Source: an uncultured Acidimicrobiia bacterium
GTDB lineage: Bacteria; Actinomycetota; Acidimicrobiia; Spongiisociales; UBA11373
Direction of reading: 5' to 3'
DNA: 64,000 nucleotides
NCBI GenBank assembly: GCA_963796115.1
Contig: CAWCKE010000005.1
Coordinates: 379,455-443,454 of the forward strand
The position numbers were made by a program, and so were the translations under genes. Under the pieces are notes generated by a model. The model saw nothing but the letters and a program-made list of their open reading frames with translations, had not been told where the DNA came from and searched no databases. Each line of letters starts with the position of its first letter. Positions within the stretch are counted from its first letter, which is position 1. Below, piece after piece: positions 28,825 through 40,180 of this stretch.

Positions 28825-29110
28825 ATGCGCACGCCTGGGTCCCGGCGTCGTCTCGGAAGCAGCGGAACCTGTGCTCAGTGCGGGGGCACCGACGCGATCG
28901 AGATCCGCCTTCGGCTCAACGACGACACAGAGGTCGACTTCCATTCCTGCGACCACTGCGAGTATCGCTGGTGGAACGCCGACGGGGAGCTGATCGACCT
29001 CACAGCGGTGCTGGATCTCGCCCGGCGCGGCCTGAGCCCTGCCGCCCCCTTAGCCCCTCTCCGCGGTAGCCTGCGGGTCCGTGGCTCGGCTTCTGCCCGA
29101 CTCGTCGCTC
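28825..29110 (+). CDS. Cys4 zinc-ribbon small protein (CxxC...CxxC); 3' end undefined
   Basis: MRTPGSRRRLGSSGTCAQCGGTDAIEIRLRLNDDTEVDFHSCDHCEYRWWNADGELIDLTAVLDLARRG; frame has no stop before it runs into the next gene, so its end (or fusion to the downstream membrane protein) cannot be fixed. Confidence 0.45.
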
Positions 29111-31194
29111 CCGCTGGAGAAGCAGATCTCCTCCGCCGACCGGCGCTCCCGGCTGGTGGTAGCCGCCGTCGTGGCAGTTGCCTCGCTGGTCGCGTTCATC
29201 GCCATGCGGCCGGACAAGATCTTCCTGGCCAACACTCCCTCGGGCGGCGACATGGGGGCCCACGTCCTCATCCCTGCCTACCTGCGCGACACCCTGCTCC
29301 CCTCCGGGCGCCTGCTGGGATGGAGCAACGACTGGTACGCCGGGTTCCCGATGCTCTACTTCTACTTCCCGCTGCCGGCGCTGGTCATCGTGCTGCTCGA
29401 CCTCCTGCTGCCCTACGGGGTGGCGTTCAAGCTGGTGACGGTGGCCGGCCTGGTCGCCCTGCCCCCGCGTCGTACTACTTCGCACGGTCCATGGGCTTCG
29501 CCCGCCCTGTCGCCCTCGTTGGGGGCATCGCCGGGTCCACGTTCATGTTCATGGAGACCTTCTCGATCTTCGGGGGGAACACCCTCTCCACGCTGGCGGG
29601 CGAGTACTCGTTCTCGTGGTCCTTCGCCCTCAGCCTGGTCTACCTGGGGATGGTGATCCGCAACACCAGGGAAGGGCGGGGCTTCACGGTGGGGTCGGGC
29701 GTAGTGCTGGCACTGACCGCCCTGTGCCACATCATCACCACTCTGGTGGTGGTGGTGGCCTCCCTGCCCCTGCTGCTGCGACGCAGGGGGCCGAGCGCGG
29801 TCGTGGGGGCCTGGGGCCTGGGCTTCGCCCTGGCCGCCTTCTGGGCCGTGCCGCTGGTAGCCCGGATGGGCTACAGCACCGACATGGGCTGGCACCCGGT
29901 CAACGACCTGTGGCAGGTGTTCCCTCGCGACCTCTGGCCGATGATGGTGCTGGGTGCTGCCGGCCTCTTCTGGGCGGTGAGCCGGCGGATGGCGGTGGGC
30001 CCGGCGCTGACCCTGATCGCCTTTCCCCTGGCCGGGTTCTTCATCATCCAGTACGCCGACTGGACCAAGCTCTACAACGCCCGGCTCCTGCCGTACTGGT
30101 ACTACACGGTGTTCCTGTTCGCCGGCCTCTTCGTGGGCCTCGCCGTGATGGAGCTGGTGCGGCGGCTGCGCGCTCAACCGGGGCGCATCTGGGCGTCGGC
30201 GGTGCTGGCCTCATTGGTCTTCCTGGTGGTGTCGGCCGTGGGCCTCCACAAGACCCCGGCCTGGGCGCAGTGGAACTACACCGGCTATGAGGGCAAGCCG
30301 GCCTATGCCGAGTACCGGGCCGTGCTCGAACTGGTGGACACCCTCCCGCCCGGCCGCATCATGTGGGAGGCCAACGGCGAGATGAACAAGTACGGGACGC
30401 CCATGGCCCTGATGCTCTTCCCGTACTGGAGCGAGGGCCATCCCTCCATGGAGGGCCTGCTGTTCGAGTCCTCGCTGACCACCCCGTTCCACTTCCTGAA
30501 CGCCGCCGAGGTCAGCCGGAACCCCTCCAACCCCGTCGGCGGGCTCCGGTACCACGCCATGGACTTCGCCCGGGCCCTGCCCCACCTGGCCCTGTACGAC
30601 GTGGCCTACTACGTGTCCTACACCGAGGAGGCGGCCGCCGCCGCCGAGGGCTACGGGCTGGAGGTGCTGGGGGAGACCGCTCCCTTCAAGGTGTTCGCCC
30701 TGCCCGAGAGCGACCTGGTGGACGTCGCCTCGCACCAACCGGCGGTGTGGGACGGCGAGGGGTCCTTCTTCGACGCCTCTCTCGAGTGGTACGACGACAT
30801 CGAGGGCCTCGACCGGTGGGTGGTGGCCGACGGACCGGCGGACTGGCCCCGCATCGAGGCGATCGCCGACGGCTCGGCGGAGCGGATCTCCTCGTCGGGG
30901 GTGGTGAGCGACGTCGTGCTCGAGCCCCACCGCATCTCCTTCCACACCACCGCCGTGGGCGTGCCCCATCTGGTGAAGGTGTCCTACTTCCCCAACTGGG
31001 AGGCCACCAATGCCGAGGGCCCCTACCGGGCCACCCCCTCGTTGATGGTGGTGGTGCCCACGGACGAGGACGTCACCCTGGACTTCCGCAACACGTGGGC
31101 GGAGACGGGCGGCATGGTGCTGACCGGCGCGGCGCTGCTGGGGCTGGCAGGCCTCGGGGTGGTCCGGCTGGTGCGGCGGCGCCGGGCGGCTTAG
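29081..31194 (+). CDS. Large integral membrane protein with C-terminal extracytoplasmic domain, GT-C-like (putative polyprenyl-phosphate-sugar dependent glycosyl(mannosyl)transferase); one indel at CCCCC run ~29462
   Basis: GTG 29081 frame (VARLLPDSS...KLVTVAGLVALP) switches to the 28825 frame (ASYYFARSMGFARPVALVGG...). It has about 11 TM helices followed by a ~380-aa soluble domain (WNYTGYEGKPAYAEYRAV...). A Ppm1-like GT2 and pmm lie adjacent. Confidence 0.6.
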
Positions 31195-31901
31195 GGCTCC
31201 CGCCAGAGCCGCCAGCGGATGCGGGCCAAGCCCAGGAGGGTGCGGGGCACCCTGCTGAGGAAGGTGGAGCGAGCCTCCCGCTGCTCCACGACCACGGCCG
31301 GGACCTCGGCGATGCGATAGCCGGCGCGCTCGGCGCGGATGACCAGTTCGGTGTCGAAGAGATCGAGTGTGGAGTCGACGAGCGGCACGATCTCCTCCAC
31401 CACCGGGCGGCTCACCATCTTCATGCCGTGGGTGTCGCTCACCCGGGAGCGGAACAGGAGCCGGAGGAGCAGGTTGAACCCCCGCGTCCCCAGGCGGCGG
31501 AGGCGGCTGCGGCGGTCGTCGGCCCCCGGCGCCCGCTTGGAGGCGAGCACGAGGTCGGCGGTGCCGGCTTGCGCGAGGGCGGCGCGCAGGAAATCGCCCG
31601 AGAAGTAGTCGATGTCGAAGTTCACCACCCAGCGCCCGGCGGCCGCCCGGAAGCCGGCCCGCATCGCCGCCCCGTAGTTGGGCTCGGGCAGGTCGAGCAC
31701 CCGGAGGGCGGCCGGGGCGGCGGCGGCCAGGTCGGCGGCGACCCGGTCGGTGCCGTCGGTCGAGCCGTTCTCGGCCAGGATCACTTCGTAGGTTTCGCCG
31801 AGGCCGTCCAGCTCGGCGCGCAGGGCCGAGAGGGCGCCGGGCAGGTAGGACGCCTCGTTGTGGATGGGGATGACCACACTCAGCGTGGGAGCGGGGGACA
31901 T
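31191..31901 (-). CDS. Family 2 glycosyltransferase, polyprenol-phosphate mannose/glucose synthase-like (Ppm1/DPM1-like)
   Basis: LSVVIPIHNEASYLPGAL...AENGSTDGT...FDIDYF... GT2 DPM1-like motifs; 236 aa. Confidence 0.75.
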   Translation of the reverse strand: MSPAPTLSVVIPIHNEASYLPGALSALRAELDGLGETYEVILAENGSTDGTDRVAADLAAAAPAALRVLDLPEPNYGAAMRAGFRAAAGRWVVNFDIDYFSGDFLRAALAQAGTADLVLASKRAPGADDRRSRLRRLGTRGFNLLLRLLFRSRVSDTHGMKMVSRPVVEEIVPLVDSTLDLFDTELVIRAERAGYRIAEVPAVVVEQREARSTFLSRVPRTLLGLARIRWRLWREP

Positions 31902-31931
31902 CGGCGGCCGAGTCTAGGCCGGGGTCCCGCC

Positions 31932-33293
31932 ATGACCTCCCGTACAATGCCCGAAGTGCGGCTAGACGCGATCTTCAAGGCCTACGACGTGCGCGGGCTG
32001 GTGCCCGAGCAGTTCGACGAGGAGACGGCGCGGCGCGTCGGTGCCGCGTTCGCCGCCTTCAGTGAGGCCGAGCGCATCGCCGTCGGGCGGGACTGCCGGC
32101 TCTCCTCGCCCGGCCTGGCCGCGGCCCTCATCACCGGGATCACCGGGCAGGGGGTGGCCGTGGACGACCTGGGGATGATCACCACCGACATGGTGTACTA
32201 CGCCGCCGGCTCCCTCGACGAGCCGGGGGCCATGGTGACCGCCTCCCACAACCCCCCGGGCTGGAACGGGCTCAAGCTCTGCCTGGCGGGGGCGGCGCCG
32301 GTGGGGGCCGACACCGGCCTCGAAGAGGTGCGTCGCCTGGCCGCCGAGCCCCCGCCGCCCGCCGGGTCCTCCGGGGACGTGCGCCGCCTGGACGTGCTCG
32401 AGGGCTATGTTGGGCATCTGCTCTCCATAGTCGACGGCTCTGCGATGGCCGGGCTCCGAGTGGCCGCCGACGGCGGCAACGGGGTGGCCGGGGTGGCCGT
32501 CCCCCGGGTGTTCGAGCGGCTCCCCGCCGAGCTCATCGGCCTGTACCTCGAGCCCGACGGCCGTTTCCCCCATCACCATCCGGACCCGCTGCGGCCCGAG
32601 AACCTGCGCGACCTGGAGGCCCTCATGCGCCGCGACCGCCCCGATCTGGGGGTGGCCTTCGACGGCGACGCCGACCGGGCGTTCTTCGTGGACGACGCCC
32701 TGCGGCCGCTGCCGGGGAGCACGGTCACGGCCATCGTGGCCCGCTGGTTCCTGAGGCGGGAGCCGGGGGCGACGGTGGTGCACAACCTGATCTGCAGCCG
32801 GGCGGTCCCCGAGGCGATCCGGGCGGCGGGGGGAGTGCCGGTGCGCACCCGAGTGGGCCACTCCTTCATCAAGGCGGTGATGAAGGAGACGGGCGCCATC
32901 TTCGGCGGCGAGCACTCGGGCCACTACTACTTCCGGGACAACTACCGGGCCGACTCGGGGATCCTGGCGATGCTGGTGCTCATGCAGGTGCTCGCCGAGG
33001 ACGGCCGGCCGCTCTCCGAGATGCGCGTGGAGTTCGAGCCGTACTCGCAGTCGGGGGAGATCAACCTGCGCGTGTCCGACCAGGCCGCCGCCACCGAGGC
33101 GGTGGCGGCGGTCTTCGACGACGGCGAGCAGGACCGCACCGACGGGCTCACCGTCTCCTGGCCCGACCGGTGGTTCAACCTCCGCCCTTCGAACACCGAA
33201 CCGGTGCTGCGGCTCAACGTCGAGGGGCCGGACGAGGGGGCGGTGGAGGCGTTGGTGGCGGCGGTGAAGGAGGTGGTCGGTGCCGATACCTGA
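31932..33293 (+). CDS. manB: Phosphomannomutase/phosphoglucomutase
   Basis: [13 protein letters not shown] active-site loop, GDGDADR Mg site, [10 protein letters not shown] sugar-binding loop. Confidence 0.9.
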   Translation: MTSRTMPEVRLDAIFKAYDVRGLVPEQFDEETARRVGAAFAAFSEAERIAVGRDCRLSSPGLAAALITGITGQGVAVDDLGMITTDMVYYAAGSLDEPGAMVTASHNPPGWNGLKLCLAGAAPVGADTGLEEVRRLAAEPPPPAGSSGDVRRLDVLEGYVGHLLSIVDGSAMAGLRVAADGGNGVAGVAVPRVFERLPAELIGLYLEPDGRFPHHHPDPLRPENLRDLEALMRRDRPDLGVAFDGDADRAFFVDDALRPLPGSTVTAIVARWFLRREPGATVVHNLICSRAVPEAIRAAGGVPVRTRVGHSFIKAVMKETGAIFGGEHSGHYYFRDNYRADSGILAMLVLMQVLAEDGRPLSEMRVEFEPYSQSGEINLRVSDQAAATEAVAAVFDDGEQDRTDGLTVSWPDRWFNLRPSNTEPVLRLNVEGPDEGAVEALVAAVKEVVGADT

Positions 33294-33455
33294 AGACCTG
33301 CTGGCCATCATGGCCTGCCCGGTGTGCCACGGTACCCTGGAGGAGCGGGACGCCGCCCTGGCCTGCACTGCCTGCGGCCTGCACTACCCGGTGCGGGACG
33401 GCATCCCGATCATGCTGCCCGAAGAGGCCTACCGCCCCGAACCAGGCAAGGAATG
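33279..33455 (+). CDS. Trm112-family small zinc-ribbon protein (not in supplied ORF track)
   Basis: GTG 33279 overlapping pmm stop: [58 protein letters not shown]; Trm112/YcaR signature C-P-x-C...IP.ML; stop overlaps next gene ATG (ATGA). Confidence 0.65.
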
Positions 33456-34462
33456 ACGGTGAACCCCATGCGCCAACTGATCGCCGGGCTGCCCGCGCAG
33501 CTGCGCTGGGCGGCCGACCTGGAGCCGCCGCGGGTGGCGCCGGCGGCGGAGGCGCTGGTGCTCGGGATGGGCGGCTCCGCCTTCGCCGGCAGCGTCGCCG
33601 CCCTGGTCGCCGAGGCCGCCGGGCGGAGGGCCACGGTGCACCGCTCGTACGGGATCCCGCCCTGGGCGGCGGCCGCCGGCCCGCTGGTGGCGGCGGTGTC
33701 GTACAGCGGGGGCACCAAGGAGACTCTCGACGGGGTGGAGGCCGCCCGGGCTGCCGGGCTCCGGCTCGCCGTGGTGACCGCCGGCGGCCGCCTGGCCGAG
33801 CTGGCCGTCGAGCACGGCTACCCGATGGTGGCGATCGAGGCGCCGCCGCCGCCCCGCTCGGCCGTGGGCTGCCTGGCGGGGGCGGTGCTGCGCATCTTCG
33901 AGGCGGCCGGCCTCGTATCGCCCCAGTCGGCCGGCCTGCGAGAGGCGGCCGAGGTGGTGGAGCGCCTGGTGGGAGGGGGTGAGGGGCCGGCCGTCGCCCT
34001 GGCCGACGACCTGGCCGAGGCCCTCGACCACCGGGTGGCGGTGATCTACGGCGCCGAGGGAGTCGGGGCGCTGGCCGCCTACCGCTGGAAGACACAGATC
34101 AACGAGAACGGCAAGGCGATCGCCTACTGCTCGGTGTTGCCCGAGCTCGACCACAACGAGGTCGAGGCCTGGTCCACCTACCCGGGGATCTCCCGGGACC
34201 GCATCGGGGTGGTGTGGCTGCGCGACTCCGCCGACGATGCCCGGCTCTCCCGCCGCGCCGAGGTCACCCGCGACCTGCTGGCCGGCCGGGTGAGCGTGGC
34301 CGGGGAGGTGCACGCCCAGGGCGAGGGGGTCCTCGCCCGCCTCTTCAGCCTGGCGGTCGTGGGGGACCTGCTCTCGGTGGCCCTGGCCGAGCGAGCCGGG
34401 GTGGACCCGATGACGGTGGACGTGATCGCCTCCCTGAAGGGACGCCTCGCCGGGGAGGGGCT

Positions 34463-34466
<4 letters not shown>
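33453..34466 (+). CDS. Bifunctional phosphoglucose/phosphomannose isomerase (SIS domain, bact-PGI_C type)
   Basis: [20 protein letters not shown]...[10 protein letters not shown]...[10 protein letters not shown]; typical partner of pmm in Actinobacteria. Confidence 0.8.
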
Positions 34467-35710
<1,244 letters not shown>

Positions 35711-35725
35711 CCCGGTCGGCCCTGT

Positions 35726-36212
35726 TCAGCCCGCGCGCATGATGCCGGTGGCGGTGGCTATGCCCTCCGGGGTCCCCACGACCACGAGGGTGTCGCCGGC
35801 CTCGATGCGGAACTCGGGCCCGGGCGCCGGGTGGGTGACGTCGCCTCGGAGCACGGCGACCACCGACACCCCCGATCGGCTGCGGATGACGGAGCCGGCA
35901 ATGGTGGTGCCGGCGACGGGGGAGGCCGGTCCCACCTTGAGCCACTCGATGGCGATGCCCTCGACGTACTGCTGCAGGCGGGTCAGGCTCTCGGTGACCT
36001 GCAGTCCGCCGAGGGCTTCCACCAGGGTATGGACCTCGTCGTCGTCGAGGGGGATGCAGAGCGGGGCGGCGCTCGGGATCGTCGGCGGCGCCGACGTGGA
36101 TCTCCCGGCACCCTCCGTGGCGGTGCACCACGCCGAGGAGCTGCCCCTTCTGGGTGGAGAAGTCGTAGCGAACGCCGACGCCGGGGAGGGGGGTCGGTTC
36201 AACCTGGGGCAT
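35726..36212 (-). CDS. TrkA-C domain regulatory protein (KhtT/YhaT-like), one indel near 36070
   Basis: N-terminal part MPQVEPTPLPGVGVRYDFSTQKGQLLGVVHRHGGCREIHV in ORF 35661..36212; C-terminal TrkA_C part in ORF 35726..36202; junction in CGCCGCCCCG. Confidence 0.65.
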
Positions 36213-36289
36213 GCGGGGCCTCCGCCGAGCTTGGCGCCCCCATGATGCCAGGCCCGGGAAGGCTTGGCTGAAGGGGGGCCATCGGGGGC

Positions 36290-38071
36290 TCAGCCGACCG
36301 GCGTGCGCAGATCCACTACCAGCGGCCGTTCGCGGGCGGCCGACTCGATCACTTCCAGGATCTCGCGCCCGACCAGCTCCTGGCGCTCCAGGAGGGCGTC
36401 CCGCAGCGTCTCCAGGACCGGGCGGTGGGCGGTGAGCAGGGCGAGGACGACCTCCTTCTGATCGCGGAGCAGGTGGTCTACCGCCTCCCGGGCGGGGGCG
36501 TCGGCCAGCACCTTGGCGACCAGGTTCCCGCCGAGGAGCCCGTCGTCGAGCGCCCGGAAGGAGATGAGCGAGCCGCCCAGGCCCCTGGAGCCGACCATCT
36601 CGGCGGCCATGCCGGTGGCTGCCGCCAGGTCGCCCGCCGGCCCGCTGCCCGACTCGCCGAACAACAGCTCCTCCGCCACCATGCCGCCCAGGGCGATCTG
36701 GATCAGGGCCAGTGTCTCGCTGCGGCGCTGGGTGTAGCGCTCCTCGACCCCGCTGTGGGCGAGGAGCCCCAGGGCGTCGCGGCGCTTGATGATGGAGAGC
36801 AGGTCCAGCTTGCGCCCGCGGCCCACCAGGTAGGCGACCACGGCGTGGCCCGACTCATGGGCGGCGATGATGGAGCGCTCCTCGGGGGTGTACTCGGTGG
36901 GCTCGGCCAGGCCGATCTCGACATCGAGGCGGGCCCTCCGCAGGTCGTGCACCGACAACCGGTCCCGCCCCCCGCGCAGGGCGAAGAGCAGGGCCTCGTC
37001 GAAGAGGCGTTCCAGGCTGGCCGGGGAGTACCCGATGGTGGAGGCGGCCAGGTCCTCGCGCGCCTGGTCGTCGAGGGTCGCGTCGTGCACCTTGCGGGCG
37101 AGGAAGTAGTCGATGAGCTCCCGCCGCTGCGCCCGGGCCGGCATGGGGAAGTGGAGGACGCGGTCGAAGCGGCCGGGTCGGAGCAGGGCCGGGTCGAGGT
37201 TGTCGGCCCGGTTGGTGGCCCCGATCAGCAGGATGTTGGCGAAGGGAGCGCGGGCCGTCTTGAACTGGCGGTGAGGGGGCAGGTACCGGTTGGCGCAGCG
37301 GCGCAGCGCGTTGGCGAACTTCATGGATCGCGGTGGCTCGTCGAACGACTGCATCTGGACCAGTAGCTCGTTGACCACGCCGCCGGTGCCCTCGGAGATC
37401 ATCGACCGCTCCACCCGGCCGGGCCCGGCCGCGGCGCGGACCATCCCTCCCCGGCGGGCGCCGATGGCGTCGAACTCCTCGATGAACCCGATGGCACCGC
37501 CCTCCTGGCGGGCCACCCTGCGGAGCCGGCGGAAGTAGGACCGGATCTTGCGGGCGGTGGCCCCGTACCACATGCTCTGAAAGGCGGTCGAAGAGACGAA
37601 GAGGAACGGCACCCCGGCCTCCTTGGCCAGGGCCTTGGCGGTGTGGGTCTTGCCCGTCCCCGGGGGCCCCTCGAACAGGACGCCGCGCCGCGGCTGGCCC
37701 CCCATGTCGTCCCGGAAATGCTGATGGTTCAGGAAGACGTCGAGGGTGTGGCGCACCTCTTCGAGTACCGGGCCCAGGCCGAGCACGTCGTCGAAGGTCA
37801 CCTCGATCTGCTCGGGCAGGAAGACGACCTCGGGGGAGCGGCCGTTCCCCAGCATGGGAAGCAGGATGATCGCGCCGAGGAGCAGCACGATGAGGACGGC
37901 GGGGAGCCAGATGACCGCGTCGGGTGGGAGCTCCGGCCAGCCGGGGGAGACCGGGTTGCCGGTGAGGAGGCGCACCCACAACCAGATGACCAGGGGGGCG
38001 AGGGCGATGGCGATCCGGCGGAGACGCTTGCGGCGTTGCCGTTCTCTCGCGACCTGGACGTCTCGCGGCAT
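36290..38071 (-). CDS. FtsH-family AAA+ zinc metalloprotease paralogue (membrane-anchored; atypical AAA insertion and Walker B FIEEFD)
   Basis: Start MPRDVQV at 38071 with GGAAGGAAGGGG SD; two N-terminal TMs; GPPGTGKT Walker A; SRH TNRADNLDPALLRPGRFDR; HESGH zinc motif; ~60-aa insertion between Walker B and sensor 1. Confidence 0.75.
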   Translation of the reverse strand: MPRDVQVARERQRRKRLRRIAIALAPLVIWLWVRLLTGNPVSPGWPELPPDAVIWLPAVLIVLLLGAIILLPMLGNGRSPEVVFLPEQIEVTFDDVLGLGPVLEEVRHTLDVFLNHQHFRDDMGGQPRRGVLFEGPPGTGKTHTAKALAKEAGVPFLFVSSTAFQSMWYGATARKIRSYFRRLRRVARQEGGAIGFIEEFDAIGARRGGMVRAAAGPGRVERSMISEGTGGVVNELLVQMQSFDEPPRSMKFANALRRCANRYLPPHRQFKTARAPFANILLIGATNRADNLDPALLRPGRFDRVLHFPMPARAQRRELIDYFLARKVHDATLDDQAREDLAASTIGYSPASLERLFDEALLFALRGGRDRLSVHDLRRARLDVEIGLAEPTEYTPEERSIIAAHESGHAVVAYLVGRGRKLDLLSIIKRRDALGLLAHSGVEERYTQRRSETLALIQIALGGMVAEELLFGESGSGPAGDLAAATGMAAEMVGSRGLGGSLISFRALDDGLLGGNLVAKVLADAPAREAVDHLLRDQKEVVLALLTAHRPVLETLRDALLERQELVGREILEVIESAARERPLVVDLRTPVG

Positions 38072-38114
38072 CGTCCCCTTCCTTCCTGGACCGCCGCCAC
38101 TGTAGACACTCTTT

Positions 38115-39008
38115 GTGGTTGGTGTCGGGGCGATCGGCCGCGCAAGGTGGTCGTCTCGAGTCGGCGTGTGGACCAGTGCGTTGGCCCGGTGGGGTGCGGT
38201 CACCTGCGCCCGCGTGTCGCTCGCTCCCGTTACGGTGCTCGGCGTGGGGTGCCTCGCCTGTGCCCATCGGAACGCCGTCGGGGGCCCGCTGTGCCGGGAG
38301 TGCGCCGCCGGCTTCACCCGGGGCGGCGCCCGCCGCCTGCCGGGCGGCATCCTGGTTCACAGCGCCTTCGCCCACCAGGGGACGGCCCGCCTTCTGGTGC
38401 ACCGGCTCAAGTACGGCGCTCAACCGGCCGCGGCGGCCCTGCTCGCGGTTCCCATGGCCCGTGAGTTGCCGTCCGGGGCGGCGGCCCTGGTGCCGGTGCC
38501 CCGCGCCCGGCTGCGGCTGTGGCGGTACGGGGTCGATCCCGCCCTGGAACTGGCCCGCGCCATCGGCCGGGTGAGCGGCCTGCCGGTGACCCGGGTCCTG
38601 TCCCCGTCCTGGTGGCACCGCCGCCGGGCAGGCGCTGGCGGGGTCGCGCGGGGCGTGCCCCGCTTCCGGGCGCGAGCCGCGGTGCCGGCCGGGGCGGTGC
38701 TGGTGGACGACGTGGTCACCACCGGCTCCACGCTGGCGGCCGCGGCCGCCGCCCTCGGCCGGCCGCTCCCGGCCGTCACGGCCACCGCCGCCCCGGGGGG
38801 CGGGGCGCCCCTGACGTTGCCGGGGGCGATCGGTATAGTGATCGTCAAGCCCCCTCTCGGGGATATCGACCACGGGAGCGTGCGTGCCGCCAGGAGCGCA
38901 CCGTTGCAGAGGCCGCTCTCGTTCTCCGTCTGCCCGCCGGCCCCGGCGTGTGCCGGACGTCGGCAAAGGAGGTCAAGGTGGAGATTCGTGTCCACGGTAA
39001 GCGCATGA
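38115..39008 (+). CDS. ComF/GntX-family phosphoribosyltransferase-domain protein; boundaries uncertain
   Basis: Double zinc finger CLACA...CRECAAGF, PRTase motif VLVDDVVTTGSTL; C-terminal ~60 aa of the ORF overlap hpf and look non-native. Confidence 0.6.
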   Translation: MVGVGAIGRARWSSRVGVWTSALARWGAVTCARVSLAPVTVLGVGCLACAHRNAVGGPLCRECAAGFTRGGARRLPGGILVHSAFAHQGTARLLVHRLKYGAQPAAAALLAVPMARELPSGAAALVPVPRARLRLWRYGVDPALELARAIGRVSGLPVTRVLSPSWWHRRRAGAGGVARGVPRFRARAAVPAGAVLVDDVVTTGSTLAAAAAALGRPLPAVTATAAPGGGAPLTLPGAIGIVIVKPPLGDIDHGSVRAARSAPLQRPLSFSVCPPAPACAGRRQRRSRWRFVSTVSA

Positions 39009-39529
39009 GCGTCGGCGATGACCTGCGCCTGCTCGCCGAGGAGAAGGTCGCCCGGTCGTCCCGCGTGTTCGAGGGCATCGGGTCCGTCGACGTCGAGTTC
39101 ACCGACGAGCAGAACCCGCGCCTGGCAGCGGAGCGCTGTCGGGTGGAGATCACCTCGAAAGCCGCCGGGCAGTTGGTGCGGGTGGAGGCTGCCGGGTTCG
39201 ACCATCGCTCTGCTCTCGACCTGGCGGTGGACAAGTTCGAGCGTCAATTGGCCAAGTTGAAGGGACGGCTGGTCGAGAGGCATCGCCGGGCAGCAGACAA
39301 ACATCTCAATGGGACCTCCCTTGGCGTCGAAGAAATCGACGGCACGGCGGACCTGCGGATCGAACGCGTGAAGCGGTTCGTCGTCAAGCCAATGACGCCA
39401 GAGGAGGCAGCCCTCCAGATGGAACTGCTCGGGCACAGTTTCTACCTGTTCCTGAACGCGGACACCGAGCGCTACAGCGTGCTGTACCGCCGGCGCAGTG
39501 GTTCCCTGGGGCTGATTGAGCCCCAGTGA
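38978..39529 (+). CDS. hpf: Ribosome hibernation promoting factor, long form
   Basis: GTG 38978 with AAGGAGG SD; VEIRVHGKRMSVGDDLRLLAEEKV...C-terminal dimerisation domain FVVKPMTPEEAALQMELLGHSFYLFLNADTERYSVLYRR. Confidence 0.85.
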   Translation: MEIRVHGKRMSVGDDLRLLAEEKVARSSRVFEGIGSVDVEFTDEQNPRLAAERCRVEITSKAAGQLVRVEAAGFDHRSALDLAVDKFERQLAKLKGRLVERHRRAADKHLNGTSLGVEEIDGTADLRIERVKRFVVKPMTPEEAALQMELLGHSFYLFLNADTERYSVLYRRRSGSLGLIEPQ

Positions 39530-40179
39530 CCCGCACCCGGGTCCTCGTCGTCGATGACGTGGATCTGTTCCGCACGGGATTGAGCGCGGCGCTGCGCGCC
39601 GCCGGCTTCGCTATCTGCGGCGAGGCGGCCAGCGCCGAGGGCGCGGTCACCGCCTCCGAGAGCCTGCTCCCCGACATCGTGGTGCTCGACATCCTCATGC
39701 CCGGGCTGTCCGGGCTCGAGGTGGTCGAGAAGATCCTGGCCGTCTCCCCGACGACCCGGGTCATCCTGCTCACCGGCAGCGAGTCGGTTGAGGACCTGCT
39801 GACCGGCATCAAGGCGGGGGCACGCGGGTATCTGGTCAAGGACACCGCCTTCGCCGGCCTGGCTACCGCCATCGAGGACGTGGCCGCCGGCGGGTCGGCG
39901 ATCTCGGCCAAGATGGGAGGCAAGCTCTTCGACATCCTGCGTCAGTTGCTGCGCCACCAGGACTTCGCCGGGCCCCGGCCTCCCTGCCTCACGGGGCGGG
40001 AACTGGAGGTGCTCCGCCACGTGGCTGCCGGCGAGACCTCCCGGGGCATCGGGCGCCTGCTCTTCATCTCCGAGAACACGGTCAAGAACCACATCCGCAA
40101 CATCCTCGACAAGCTCGGCCTGCATTCACGCAACGAGGCCGTGCTGTTCGCCCTGCGTGAGCACCTGATCGAGTTGTGA
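39526..40179 (+). CDS. LuxR/NarL-family response regulator (REC + HTH), no cognate kinase nearby
   Basis: VLVVDDVDLFRTGL...D54-equivalent VVLDILMPGLSG; C-terminal LTGRELEVLRHVAAGETSRGIGRLLFISENTVKNHIRNI; GTGA overlap with hpf stop. Confidence 0.85.
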   Translation: MTRTRVLVVDDVDLFRTGLSAALRAAGFAICGEAASAEGAVTASESLLPDIVVLDILMPGLSGLEVVEKILAVSPTTRVILLTGSESVEDLLTGIKAGARGYLVKDTAFAGLATAIEDVAAGGSAISAKMGGKLFDILRQLLRHQDFAGPRPPCLTGRELEVLRHVAAGETSRGIGRLLFISENTVKNHIRNILDKLGLHSRNEAVLFALREHLIEL

Positions 40180-40180
40180 C

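Noticed and set aside
28825-31194. Treating the 789-aa ORF 28825..31194 as one gene (zinc ribbon fused to membrane protein)
   Set aside because: The middle of that ORF (residues ~90-230) is Arg/Pro/Gly-rich junk. The membrane protein's true N-terminus is in the 29081 frame. A fusion cannot be excluded but is not supported as sequenced.
33170-34095. ORFs 33170..33982 (+) and 33214..34095 (-) rich in RRGGG / PPPP repeats
   Set aside because: Low-complexity antisense/alternate-frame translations of the PGI/PMI and pmm genes.
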